The notes beneath the pieces were generated by a model. It was not told the origin of the DNA and did no database searches. It was given only the letters and a program-made list of their open reading frames with translations. Positions 1 through 9,429 of a DNA stretch of 64,000 nt are shown one piece after another. The stretch's first letter is position 1. Every line of letters starts with the position of its first letter. A program made the position numbers and the translations under genes. The stretch is from the IMG/VR virus record IMGVR_UViG_3300043496_000175, positions 32,001 through 96,000 of that record; one strand, 5' to 3'. Origin of the DNA: a virus.

Positions 1-14
1 CGAAGAGGTGCGAT

Positions 15-653
15 GTGAGTACTCCACAAGAGGAAGACGCGGGCAGCCTGATCCCGGCACTGCTGGCGATCTACACCAACTACCTGGCATTCCGCGCCGC
101 GCAGGGCAATGTATCCACAGCGTGGACAACTGTTGTGGATCAAATCGGTCTGCAGGCGTTCATTGGAGACCAGTTGGCGATGATCGCGGCCCGCGCCCTG
201 GCCCGCCAACGTGAAGGATTGGGTGCGGGAGCTGATGAGTTGTGGACCGCTGTTCCACAGGGTGTAGCGGCCGGAGTGAACGCCGGTTTACAGACTGTGG
301 CCGAGGCGCTTATCTGGACCGACGAGCACGAGGATGTGCCTACCAAGGACGAGGATGGACTGATTCCCACACAGTCGGATCCGCCCGAGGAACTTGCCAT
401 GGTCACCGCCCAAGCCGTTGCTTCAGCGGCGCAGGAAGCTACTGCGGAAGCTGCGGGATGGAGGTACAAGACGTGGGAAAGCATCGGAGACCGGCAGGTG
501 AGGGAGACGCATCGGGCGCTGGCGGGGCAGAAGATCCGGCTCGCGGAAGCATTCACAACGATCGATGGAGACTCGCTGAGATACCCGGGGGATCCATTGG
601 CCGAGGTCTCAAATCGCATCGGGTGCAGATGTACGCTGCGGACCTCTCGTTGA
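15..653 (+). CDS. MuF-like minor capsid / head morphogenesis protein
   Basis: C-terminal KTWESIGDRQVRETH...RYPGDP...IGCRC MuF motif; GAGG RBS upstream. Confidence 0.8.
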   Translation: MSTPQEEDAGSLIPALLAIYTNYLAFRAAQGNVSTAWTTVVDQIGLQAFIGDQLAMIAARALARQREGLGAGADELWTAVPQGVAAGVNAGLQTVAEALIWTDEHEDVPTKDEDGLIPTQSDPPEELAMVTAQAVASAAQEATAEAAGWRYKTWESIGDRQVRETHRALAGQKIRLAEAFTTIDGDSLRYPGDPLAEVSNRIGCRCTLRTSR

Positions 654-833
654 TCGTTGTGTCTATACTCCAGAGCGTGAGTTTCATCCGCCGAGTCCGC
701 TGGCTGCCGGTCCTGGTGCTGGGCATGAACCTCGCTGTGATCCTGCTGGCCATCCTCAATCCTGACCGCATCGGAACCTGCATCGCGCTGGCCATCTGTG
801 CGCTCTCCCTGGCTGTCCTTGAAGGAGTCCGCC

Positions 834-1133
834 TTGTCGAATCCCGTGGTCCTGGCCCTGGCAACCCAGCGCCTGACACAGTTGGTCGTAGAGGATGACA
901 TCACTCGGCCGGTACGTGAGGCAGTCAGTAGATGGGCCGCAGGTCATGAGGAGTACAGCTTCCGGGAGCGTGTGGATTTCGCTCTCAACTGCGGAGCTTG
1001 CGCCAGTGTCTACGCCGGTGCAGCCATCCTGCTGGCAGATCGAGTACCGCCCGGAAGAGTCCTCATTCGTGTGCTCGCAGCCAGCGCCGCAGCGTTAGGC
1101 ATCAAAGCCGTTCTGGAAAAACTGGAGGACTGA
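834..1133 (+). CDS. DUF1360-like membrane protein
   Basis: LALATQRLTQLVVEDDITRPVR...CGACASVY pattern; AAGGAG RBS before TTG 834. Confidence 0.65.
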   Translation: MSNPVVLALATQRLTQLVVEDDITRPVREAVSRWAAGHEEYSFRERVDFALNCGACASVYAGAAILLADRVPPGRVLIRVLAASAAALGIKAVLEKLED

Positions 1134-1552
1134 TGACCGAGCCGATCTACTACAAGGGCGATGTAGTCGAGCTGCACGCCGACCTGTTCCCTGGGTTCGT
1201 CAAGCCACTGCCTGCGGGCGTACCTTCCAACGTCGCCAAGAAGCGCGTCGTGGTCACCGAACGATGCCTCACCATCGCTTGGTCCATCGCCGGAGTAGTG
1301 CAGCGCATCGACATCCCGATGACCAAAGAAGAGACCGCTGAGGTCACTTTCCGGGGCGGTCAGGTCGGGGAATACGAGGTCGGTCGGGACAGTGGATGCT
1401 CCACCTGCGGAGCCGGAGCGATCAAGAATTGGCGGCCCTGGCCGGGTGTCACGATGAAGCAGACACCCCGCCTGGACGTCGCCGCAGCCGCCGTCAAAGA
1501 CGATGCGAACTTCGGTCTGCCATCCGGGAGATACTCGCGCTCTCGCCCGTAA
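1133..1552 (+). CDS. hypothetical protein
   Basis: TGATG coupling to previous gene, GGAGG RBS, CxxC motif. Confidence 0.6.
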   Translation: MTEPIYYKGDVVELHADLFPGFVKPLPAGVPSNVAKKRVVVTERCLTIAWSIAGVVQRIDIPMTKEETAEVTFRGGQVGEYEVGRDSGCSTCGAGAIKNWRPWPGVTMKQTPRLDVAAAAVKDDANFGLPSGRYSRSRP

Positions 1553-1579
1553 GGGTTACTGCCAGCTACGCTCTTGCCC

Positions 1580-3166
1580 ATGGGTCTGTTCACGCGCGAG
1601 GTTTCACCGGCAGAAGTGCCCCCGGTTGCCGGTCGCCGCGCTCGCAGCGCGAGCTGGGGACAGCACCGCGCGATCACCGCTTCAGCGGAAAAGATCAACC
1701 TCAAAAACCCGCTGATGCTGCAGGTTACGCAGAATCAGGCCGAGTGGCAGACCGCAGCCTGGACCGGCTACAACCGCGTCGGGGAAATCCACTACGGCTT
1801 CGGTTTGCTGGCCAACCTGCTCTCCCGCGTCCGCATCTACGCCGCCGTGGTGAACGAGTCCAACGAGGCCCCCAGCGACCTGTCCCAGCTCGAAGACGAC
1901 GATCGCATCTCGGAGAATCTAGCCGAAGCAGCCACTGCCGCGATTGCCGAATTGACCCTCAAAGACTTCGCCAGTTTCGTCCGCAAGTTCAGCCTCAACA
2001 TGTCAGTACCGGGAGAGTGCTACCTGGTGCACATGCCGCCGGTCGAGGGCGGCGAGAAGGCCTGGATCGTCTGTTCCAAGTCCGAGCTGGTGATCCGGAC
2101 GGACAGCATCCAATACCTCCCACTTCGGGGCGGGCAACGCCGGGAACTCCCCAAGGACACCTACGTCGCCCGCATGTGGCGGCAGTCCCCGGAGTACACC
2201 ATGGAGGCAGACTCCTCCATGATCGGTGTGCAGGACAGCGTCGAAGAGCTGCTCCTCTGCCAGCGACTGACACGCGGAGCCGCCCGCTCCCGGATGAACG
2301 CCGGTGTGTTGTTCATCCCGGATGGCATCACCACCGCCCGGACCGGGGCCACTGCTGAAGCCGTCATCGAAGAACCCGACGACGACATCTCCGGTCTCAC
2401 AGCCATGGCTCAGCAGGACCCTCGCGGGGACATGGTCAACCAGTTGATGGACGCCATGGTCACCCCGATCGGTGATGAAGGCAGCGCCGCCGGTGTCGTG
2501 CCCCTGGTGCTGGTCGGGCCCACGGACCAGGGCATGGGAATCCGGCATGTGTCCTTCGAGCGGAACACCGACGAGTGGTTGGTGAAGCGCGGGGAGATCG
2601 CGCTCGACCGGATCCTGCAAGGCATCGACATCCCCAAGGAAGTCGTCACCGGCATGCAGGCGGTGAAGTACTCCAACGCAGTGGTGATTTCTGAGGATCT
2701 GTACAAGGCCAACGTCGAGCCCCTCGCACTGGTGCTTGCGGATTCCCTGACCACGGTCTATCTCCGGCCAGTGCTTAAAGCCGCTGGCTTTACCGATGAG
2801 CAGCTCAAAGAGATCGTGGTCTGGTACGACCCCAGTGAGATTGTCACCCGCCCGAACAGCTCCGAATCCGCCACTCAGGGCGTGGATCGGAATCTGCTTT
2901 CCCATAAGGCCTGGCGGCGGGAACATGGCTACGCCGAATCCGATGCGCCATCATTGGAGGAGATCGCCCTCTCCAAGCTGGCGGAGCTACCGGAGGCTGT
3001 GCAGCTTCAGGTGCTGGCCAAAGTGTTCAAGGGCTTTGTTGATGTTGATGAGGATCCGGAGCCCGCTCCGCAGGAGAGGGCTACCGCGCGTCCCTTGGCT
3101 GCGGTCAAGGACGACACCGAGAAAGACCCCCAACGAGTCGCGATTCAACAGGTAGGGATCAAGTAA
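1580..3166 (+). CDS. portal protein
   Basis: ~528 aa; WQTAAW..Y..VGEIHY, NMSVPGECYLV and NAGVLFIP motifs typical of actinophage portals; position. Confidence 0.85.
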   Translation: MGLFTREVSPAEVPPVAGRRARSASWGQHRAITASAEKINLKNPLMLQVTQNQAEWQTAAWTGYNRVGEIHYGFGLLANLLSRVRIYAAVVNESNEAPSDLSQLEDDDRISENLAEAATAAIAELTLKDFASFVRKFSLNMSVPGECYLVHMPPVEGGEKAWIVCSKSELVIRTDSIQYLPLRGGQRRELPKDTYVARMWRQSPEYTMEADSSMIGVQDSVEELLLCQRLTRGAARSRMNAGVLFIPDGITTARTGATAEAVIEEPDDDISGLTAMAQQDPRGDMVNQLMDAMVTPIGDEGSAAGVVPLVLVGPTDQGMGIRHVSFERNTDEWLVKRGEIALDRILQGIDIPKEVVTGMQAVKYSNAVVISEDLYKANVEPLALVLADSLTTVYLRPVLKAAGFTDEQLKEIVVWYDPSEIVTRPNSSESATQGVDRNLLSHKAWRREHGYAESDAPSLEEIALSKLAELPEAVQLQVLAKVFKGFVDVDEDPEPAPQERATARPLAAVKDDTEKDPQRVAIQQVGIK

Positions 3167-3170
3167 GCAG

Positions 3171-3797
3171 ATGCCGAACACAGGCGCACTGTTTGTGGCA
3201 ACACCTGCTGCTGACGACCCCTTCCACCAGTTGTCCGAAGAAGATTCCGCTCACTGCACCATGACCTACTTCGGTGAAGCTGAGGATCTACCGGAAGATC
3301 TGGTAGATGAACTGCACAGTGTGCTGGCTCAGGTGTCTCAGACAGTTGGGCCGTTCAGTGCGGACGTTGCCGGAACCGCTGTACTCGGACCGGACAAGGC
3401 CGCCGTCGTGCTGGTGGAATCCTTCGAGTTGGTGGAACTACGGAACGCCATGCTCGCGTCTCCCGCCGTGCAGGAAGCACAGGGTTTGGCAGAGCGGCAA
3501 TTCCCATCTTGGTTGCCTCATCTCACGGTTTCTTACACCGGCAAGGAGTTCGAGCCGCCAGAAAGCATCCAGATTGATGCTGTGGGGTTCTGGATCGCAG
3601 GGGAAAAGGAATCCGTACCGCTACGCAAGATGCCGGTACTGGATCTCACTGCCGCCCTGTCCATCCCGGTGATCTCCTGTGCGTCGGACCTGGCGCTTGG
3701 GTTCCGGTACGGAGAAGCCGTACCTGACTCCCGCTGGTACGTCGCCAAGCGCGCCCGTGCGCTGGGTGTTTCTGTTCCTGCTGGTTGGGGTGTGTGA
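3171..3797 (+). CDS. 2H phosphoesterase (2'-5' RNA ligase/Acb1-like)
   Basis: Two HxT motifs: AHCTMTY and PHLTVSY. Confidence 0.8.
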   Translation: MPNTGALFVATPAADDPFHQLSEEDSAHCTMTYFGEAEDLPEDLVDELHSVLAQVSQTVGPFSADVAGTAVLGPDKAAVVLVESFELVELRNAMLASPAVQEAQGLAERQFPSWLPHLTVSYTGKEFEPPESIQIDAVGFWIAGEKESVPLRKMPVLDLTAALSIPVISCASDLALGFRYGEAVPDSRWYVAKRARALGVSVPAGWGV

Positions 3798-6067
3798 TGA
3801 CCGAACTACTGATGAGCGGACACGACCGCACCTACCAGCCGCCCCGCAGTCTTCGTCGCAAGGCGTCCGAAGTCGAGGACTCCGACCTACTCACCTCACG
3901 GGTGGCGGCCGGGCGTTGTGATGCCTGGGACCTGATGAAGCTCCAGGACCGTGAAGACACTGCTGACTGGGCGGCCACCACGTTGAACAGTGTGCTGGCC
4001 TCCATCGAAGCCGAAGCACAGGACGTCCTCGGCTGCACCGATTGTGAAGACACCGGGTTCTACGGGTTGCTGGCCGACGGCAATGAGGACATGGTGGTGG
4101 GACTGCTTCGGCGGGTAGGGGATGGGGAATACGAATCCCTGCAGGCCGACGGCATTTGGCAACCATGGGAGGCATCCAATGACGGAGCCGAGCTACTCAC
4201 TCTTGAGCTTGCTGAAGATGTGGCTGCTGCAATCACTGCAGGTGCTGTGGGACTCATTCGCAAATACAGTCAGCCCCTGGCGTTCCTTCCACCTGCAGAA
4301 TCTCTAGTCGCCAGCCCACTCGCGGATCACACCGAGACGGGCCTTTTCGCGGTTGTCGATGACGATGATCCCGGTGCGGTGATGCAGCTTGTCCGCGCCG
4401 GTGAAGAGTCGATGACCGAATGGATCGATGGGCAGTGGGAGCCGTGGGAAACGCCGGACTCTGACCTGCTGACGATCCCTCTGGATCAGGACACTTTCGA
4501 CTCCATCATCGCCACCGGCCTGGTCGCCTACACCAGCCCCGACCCCCGCGCCGAGAAGCTCCGGCGGTACTGGTCCACCGGACGTGGCGGAGCCAAGATT
4601 CGGTGGACCGCGCCCGGCAGTGGAGACTTCTACCGGTGCGTCAAGCATCTCCGGAAGTATCTAGGTCTGCGAGCTAAGGGGTACTGCGCCAACCTCCACA
4701 AGAGGAACACCGGTGTCTGGCCAGGGGATCGGCGCAATATCGGGCGTCGAGGCAGTGCTTCTCTCGAAGAGAATCTTGTAGCGTCACTGAAATCCGGATC
4801 ATGGTCCGGTGAACCGGAAAGGAACTCCGACATGCCCGAACTCACGGATGGGGTCTACTGCGAGGTGGACGATCACGACGCAGGACTGCTCCGGACGTTG
4901 GTGGCCGGGGGTTTCCCTGTCGCACCGCCGGATGACTGGTACACCAATCCTGCCTTCGAGGGCCCGACCCCGATGCAGGTCGATGACGACGGCCGGGTAC
5001 GCGGCCACATCGCCACCTGGGACGTCACCCACATCGGCATGGCCGGATCGGTGCACGCCCCAAAGAGCAAGTCCGGCTACGCCTACTTCCAGACTGGCCA
5101 GCTCAAGACCGCGTCCGGGAAGACGGTCAACGTCGGGCAGCTCACCCTGGCGGGTGGGCACGCCCCGATCCACGCCTCCGCCAAGGACGCCGTCAAGCAC
5201 TACGACGACACCAACAGCGCCGTAGCCGATGTCACGGTAGGGGAAGACGCATATGGCATCTGGGCAGCCGGATCCCTCCGCCCGAACATCACCCCGGAAC
5301 AGATCCGAACCTTCCGGGCGAGTCCTCTGTCAGGGGACTGGCGACCCATCGGCGGAAACCTCGAACTCGTTGCCGCATGCGCAGTTAACGTGCCGGGCTT
5401 CCCTATCGCCCAGGCACTGGCCGCAGGTGGGGCCATCGTCGCTCTCGTGGCAGCGGGGGCCCGGCCGTTGGCCCAACGACAGGCCGCTCTGACAGCGGAC
5501 GCCATCATCCTGGAGCGGTTGGATGCACTGGAGTCCCGGATTCCTGTGGCGGCAGAGCCGGAGCCGGTTGTAACGGAAACCGTTCCGGAGGTAACGCCGG
5601 AAGTTGTTCCGGAGACTGTCATCCCGGTGGATCCGGAACCGGTGGCTGAGCCGGAAGCTGTTGTGGTGGAAGAGCCGGAGCCGGTTGCGGCCAGCACCGC
5701 TGTTGCGGAAGCACCTGTTCTCGAAGAGCAGGTGGAGGAAGCTGTCGCAGCGGCGGAACAGAACACGCCAGAGGAAGTGCAGCCGGAGCCCACCGACAAA
5801 CTGGATCCGGATGAGGTGGCGCAGGCCCGCAAGGATGCCGCTGCTATCCGCCGGGATTGGATCCGCCGAGAAGTGCATGGAGAGGATGGCGTCACCGCAG
5901 CGCTGCCTCCGCAGTTCCTGGCCAAGGCCAAAGAGAAGGAAGCGTCCATCAAGGACGAGGCCAGTCTCAAGGCAGCGATCAAGTCCGCCAAGCCTTTTGA
6001 CCGGTCGCGCATCAAAGCGGCAGCGGCCAAGCTCAAGCTCTCGAACCTGATCCCCAAGGATTGGTGA
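3797..6067 (+). CDS. capsid maturation protease (multidomain)
   Basis: GRVRGHIATW, GGHAP, HYDDT, GEDAYGIWAAG, SGDWR motifs; between portal and capsid. Confidence 0.7.
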   Translation: MTELLMSGHDRTYQPPRSLRRKASEVEDSDLLTSRVAAGRCDAWDLMKLQDREDTADWAATTLNSVLASIEAEAQDVLGCTDCEDTGFYGLLADGNEDMVVGLLRRVGDGEYESLQADGIWQPWEASNDGAELLTLELAEDVAAAITAGAVGLIRKYSQPLAFLPPAESLVASPLADHTETGLFAVVDDDDPGAVMQLVRAGEESMTEWIDGQWEPWETPDSDLLTIPLDQDTFDSIIATGLVAYTSPDPRAEKLRRYWSTGRGGAKIRWTAPGSGDFYRCVKHLRKYLGLRAKGYCANLHKRNTGVWPGDRRNIGRRGSASLEENLVASLKSGSWSGEPERNSDMPELTDGVYCEVDDHDAGLLRTLVAGGFPVAPPDDWYTNPAFEGPTPMQVDDDGRVRGHIATWDVTHIGMAGSVHAPKSKSGYAYFQTGQLKTASGKTVNVGQLTLAGGHAPIHASAKDAVKHYDDTNSAVADVTVGEDAYGIWAAGSLRPNITPEQIRTFRASPLSGDWRPIGGNLELVAACAVNVPGFPIAQALAAGGAIVALVAAGARPLAQRQAALTADAIILERLDALESRIPVAAEPEPVVTETVPEVTPEVVPETVIPVDPEPVAEPEAVVVEEPEPVAASTAVAEAPVLEEQVEEAVAAAEQNTPEEVQPEPTDKLDPDEVAQARKDAAAIRRDWIRREVHGEDGVTAALPPQFLAKAKEKEASIKDEASLKAAIKSAKPFDRSRIKAAAAKLKLSNLIPKDW

Positions 6068-6378
6068 TCGTGGCGCGTGAATGCGGCCCCGGCCGGTGGG
6101 TGGATTTCGAGCGCACCGACCGGGACTACGTGAAGTGGGGCAGCTCCGGACTCACCGGAGCTGCCACCGCGACCGTGGAGTTGGAAAGCAACGGTACGTT
6201 CCACAACCTGGCTATTGATACCGAAACCGGTGATCTCACAGCTCTTTTCGCCGGGCCTGACGTTGTTTCACCAGGGGGAGCGATCGTGGTGCCTGAAACT
6301 TCTCACATTGAGGTACACATCGTTGATGGCGTGATCACCCGCACTCTGGACGGCGGGTTCATCCGGCTGGTACCTTGA
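6064..6378 (+). CDS. hypothetical protein
   Basis: GTGA overlap with previous stop, AAGGA RBS. Confidence 0.6.
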   Translation: MIVARECGPGRWVDFERTDRDYVKWGSSGLTGAATATVELESNGTFHNLAIDTETGDLTALFAGPDVVSPGGAIVVPETSHIEVHIVDGVITRTLDGGFIRLVP

Positions 6379-6399
6379 CCGGGTCCTGCTCGGACGGGT

Positions 6400-6439
6400 G
6401 AAGGCGGTCTCCTCGCGGAGGCCGCCTTCCTTTATTTCT
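6400..6439 (+). terminator. rho-independent terminator
   Basis: gaaggcggtctcc-tcgc-ggaggccgccttc followed by ctttatttct. Confidence 0.7.
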
Positions 6440-6543
6440 GGCATTGGTGTACTTTCGCGTTCGAGCGCTCGACACTCTCTGTGACCACACCAGATGAGGC
6501 CGGTACCTCTGGAAGGCAATGTTCCACTGTCTCTGGAGGACCC

Positions 6544-8160
6544 ATGACCCCCGAAGAACTCGCAGCCCTGACCAACTCGGAGCTGCACACGCTCGAAGAG
6601 AAGTTGATCTCTGACTTCGATGTCGCTGACAAGGCCGACGCCGACGCCGACATCATCCGCATCGCCAAGGAACTCAAGGCCGTCCGCGCCGACGTTTCCC
6701 GCCGCATCGCAGAGGCCCCCGTCCCGGAAGAGACCGAGACCGAGCAGCCCGCAGCGGACGAGGAGGCCGTCGTTGAGGCAGAAGCTCCCGCAGAACCAGC
6801 AGAGGTTGCCCCGGTCGCGGAGGCTGCCGAAACCACCACCGTCACTGCACAGGAAGGAACCCCAGTGGCCGCAAGCGCAACTGTCGCCGTCCCCCGTGGC
6901 TCCGAGCCCGTCGTGGCTTCGGCTGCTGCCTCTCGGGTCTACGCCGGAGCTGACCTCTCCGGCATCCACGTAGGAGCTGAGTTCTCCGACAAGCAGCAGC
7001 TTGCGGAAGCCTTCTCCAAGCGGATCCACGCGCTGAGCCGGGTCCACGGCGGCGACGGCGAGCAGGTGCTGGTTGCCAGCATCAAGCTCGATGACGTCGC
7101 CCCGGAGCGGACCTTGTCCCGGGATGACCCGTACGCCAACATGGACAAGATCGAGGCCGTCACCGACCCCGACGCCATCACCGCCGCCGGTGGCTGCTGC
7201 GCCCCGCTGGTCACCCGATATGACCTGTTCGACTGCGGCGGCGACACCTCCCGCCCGGTCCGGGACTCCCTGGCTTCCTTCCGCGCCGACCGTGGCGGGA
7301 TCCGGTTCTACCGTGGACCGGCCCTGGCCGACCTGCAGGGCGCGCTCGGGTTCTGGACCTGCCAGGACGACACCGACGCCGACATCGACACCCCGTCCAC
7401 CTGGAAGGTGTGCGCGCGGATCGAATGCCCGCCGGAGGAAACCGCCGAACTGCAGGCCATCACGATGTGTCTGACGTTCGGCGTACTGCAGTCCCGGATC
7501 TTCCCGGAGACCGTCACCGCCAACAACAAGCTGGCCCTGGTCGCCCAGGCCCGCTTGGCTGATTCCGCTCTGCTCGCACAGATCAAGGCCGGTTCGCTGG
7601 CCATCGCGGACTCTGGCTCCCCGCTCGGAGCGGTCCGTGACCTGCTCGACACCATCGGCCGCGCCGCGATCTACTTCCGCGACCGGTACCGGATCAAGAA
7701 TGTCCCGCTCCGCGCGATCATCCCTTCCTGGGTGGTCGAGGTGCTGCGCGGCGATCTGGTCAAGGGCGAGTTCGCCGGGCGGACCCCGTCGGAGTTCTTC
7801 GGAATCTCCGAGGACGAGGTCAAGTCCTTCTTCAGCCAGCGGAATATCAACGTCACCTGGGCCCTGGACTCCAGCGCCCCGGCCGCCCTGGGTGGCGGCT
7901 TCTACACCGCAGCCACCACGGCCATTCCGGCCTGGCCGACGTCGGTGCAGTGGGCGCTGTTCCCGGAAGGTACCTGGCTGCATCTGGACGGTGGCTCGCT
8001 GGATCTCGGCATCGTCCGGGATTCTTCGCTGATCCGGGTCAACGACTACATGCAGTTCAGCGAGACCTTCGAGTCGGTGGTCAACATCGGCTGCGAGTCC
8101 ATGTGGATCACGTCCACGATCGACGTCTCGGGCAAGTCCCAGGGCCCGATCGCAGGCTGA
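6544..8160 (+). CDS. major capsid protein with N-terminal scaffold-like region
   Basis: ITAAGGCCAP...RGGIRF...LDLGIVRDSSLIRVNDYMQFSETFE motif of mycobacteriophage cluster-B-like capsids; GGAGG RBS. Confidence 0.85.
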   Translation: MTPEELAALTNSELHTLEEKLISDFDVADKADADADIIRIAKELKAVRADVSRRIAEAPVPEETETEQPAADEEAVVEAEAPAEPAEVAPVAEAAETTTVTAQEGTPVAASATVAVPRGSEPVVASAAASRVYAGADLSGIHVGAEFSDKQQLAEAFSKRIHALSRVHGGDGEQVLVASIKLDDVAPERTLSRDDPYANMDKIEAVTDPDAITAAGGCCAPLVTRYDLFDCGGDTSRPVRDSLASFRADRGGIRFYRGPALADLQGALGFWTCQDDTDADIDTPSTWKVCARIECPPEETAELQAITMCLTFGVLQSRIFPETVTANNKLALVAQARLADSALLAQIKAGSLAIADSGSPLGAVRDLLDTIGRAAIYFRDRYRIKNVPLRAIIPSWVVEVLRGDLVKGEFAGRTPSEFFGISEDEVKSFFSQRNINVTWALDSSAPAALGGGFYTAATTAIPAWPTSVQWALFPEGTWLHLDGGSLDLGIVRDSSLIRVNDYMQFSETFESVVNIGCESMWITSTIDVSGKSQGPIAG

Positions 8161-8202
8161 CCGATTCCTTTACAAACTGACCAGTAGGAAAGGAATCGGA
8201 TC

Positions 8203-9351
8203 ATGGCTTACATTCAGGACAACGCCGCATCGGTCCGAGGTGTCGCGCTTCGCGCTACGCGCCTCGGGGCGGACGGTGCTCCTGTGGTCGGCACCGAGTG
8301 TGACGTCTACCTTTCCGGTGGGTTCATCAACTTCAGCTTCACCCCTGAGTACTCCGAGGGTGATGAGGTCGAGGTCAAGAACGCCGCCGGTGAGGTCTGC
8401 GTCTACTACAAGCTGCCGGACACGCTCAAGAACGTCACCACCAACCTGGAGATCTGTGATCCAGACCCGATTCTGACCCAGATGCTGGTCGGCGGTGCGG
8501 TGCTGGAGTCAGAGTTCAACTCCCCGCTGGCCCCGATCGGTGCCGAGTCCGGGGACACCGTGGCCTCCGGCTACGCCGCTGAGTTCATCGGCGTGGAAGC
8601 CAACCCCTACGGTGTGGCGATCGAAATCTGGGCGCAGGCGGTCGTCGGCGGCAAGGCGGCCAACACCGCCCCGTACTGGCACTACGTCTTCCCGTTCATG
8701 AAGTTCCGTCTCGACGGCGACCGTGTCGTGGAGAACGGTGCGCTGGCAACGGTGTTCGCCGGAACCGGCGGCGGCAACGCCGCCTTCGGTCGCGGTCCGA
8801 ACATGGACCTGGCCGACGTCTCCCCGGCTCCGGCCGACGGAGCGTTCGACTGGGGCTTCCCGTCCTACACCGAGCGTCCGTACCTGTACGCGCGGGCGAT
8901 GACCGGCCCGATCGGGCTGCGGGGCTGCTTCACCAACCTCGGTATCCCGGTCACCGCGATCACCGCTGGCTCCCCGGCCACCTACACCCCGGTGGACGCC
9001 ACTCGACCGGCCACGCTGGGAGCGCTCACCGATCTGGGGGCATTGGGCAACACCACGGCGTGGACCACGGGACAGTACGTTGTTCTTGCAGACGGCAGTG
9101 AGAGCTATTGGGATGGGAACTCGTGGGAATATGGGCGCAAGCCTGGCACCACGATTACCGCTACCAGTGCGGTGGCTGGCGATCCCGGCCATTACCTGCC
9201 CAGCGGTGCGGCGAACCCGGCGAACCTCGCGGGTCTGTCCAGCGTTACGGCTTCCCCGAGCACTGCGTGGACGACGGGGCAGTTCGTCAACGTGGCGGAC
9301 GGTACCAAGGCGCACTGGACTTCCAGCGCGTGGGCCGCAGGCGAAGCCTGA
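8203..9351 (+). CDS. major tail protein
   Basis: VRGVALRATRL, EGDEVEVKNAAGEVCV motifs; AAAGGA RBS; terminator follows. Confidence 0.8.
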   Translation: MAYIQDNAASVRGVALRATRLGADGAPVVGTECDVYLSGGFINFSFTPEYSEGDEVEVKNAAGEVCVYYKLPDTLKNVTTNLEICDPDPILTQMLVGGAVLESEFNSPLAPIGAESGDTVASGYAAEFIGVEANPYGVAIEIWAQAVVGGKAANTAPYWHYVFPFMKFRLDGDRVVENGALATVFAGTGGGNAAFGRGPNMDLADVSPAPADGAFDWGFPSYTERPYLYARAMTGPIGLRGCFTNLGIPVTAITAGSPATYTPVDATRPATLGALTDLGALGNTTAWTTGQYVVLADGSESYWDGNSWEYGRKPGTTITATSAVAGDPGHYLPSGAANPANLAGLSSVTASPSTAWTTGQFVNVADGTKAHWTSSAWAAGEA

Positions 9352-9368
9352 TAGTGCACGACTGGCTG

Positions 9369-9409
9369 AGCGCCCTCCCCTCTCTGGAGGGGAGGGCGCT
9401 TTGCTTTCT
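9369..9409 (+). terminator. rho-independent terminator
   Basis: 14-bp perfect stem agcgccctcccctc/gaggggagggcgct + T-rich tail. Confidence 0.85.
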
Positions 9410-9429
9410 GCGATGGAGAGGTGCGCGGC

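Noticed and set aside
650-898. Hydrophobic ORF after MuF
   Set aside because: Possible small membrane gene, but start is unclear and it overlaps the DUF1360-like gene; too weak to list
6268-7983. 571-aa antisense ORF (and 13834-15642, 29754-30740 etc.)
   Set aside because: Shadow ORFs of high-GC coding strands with no motifs
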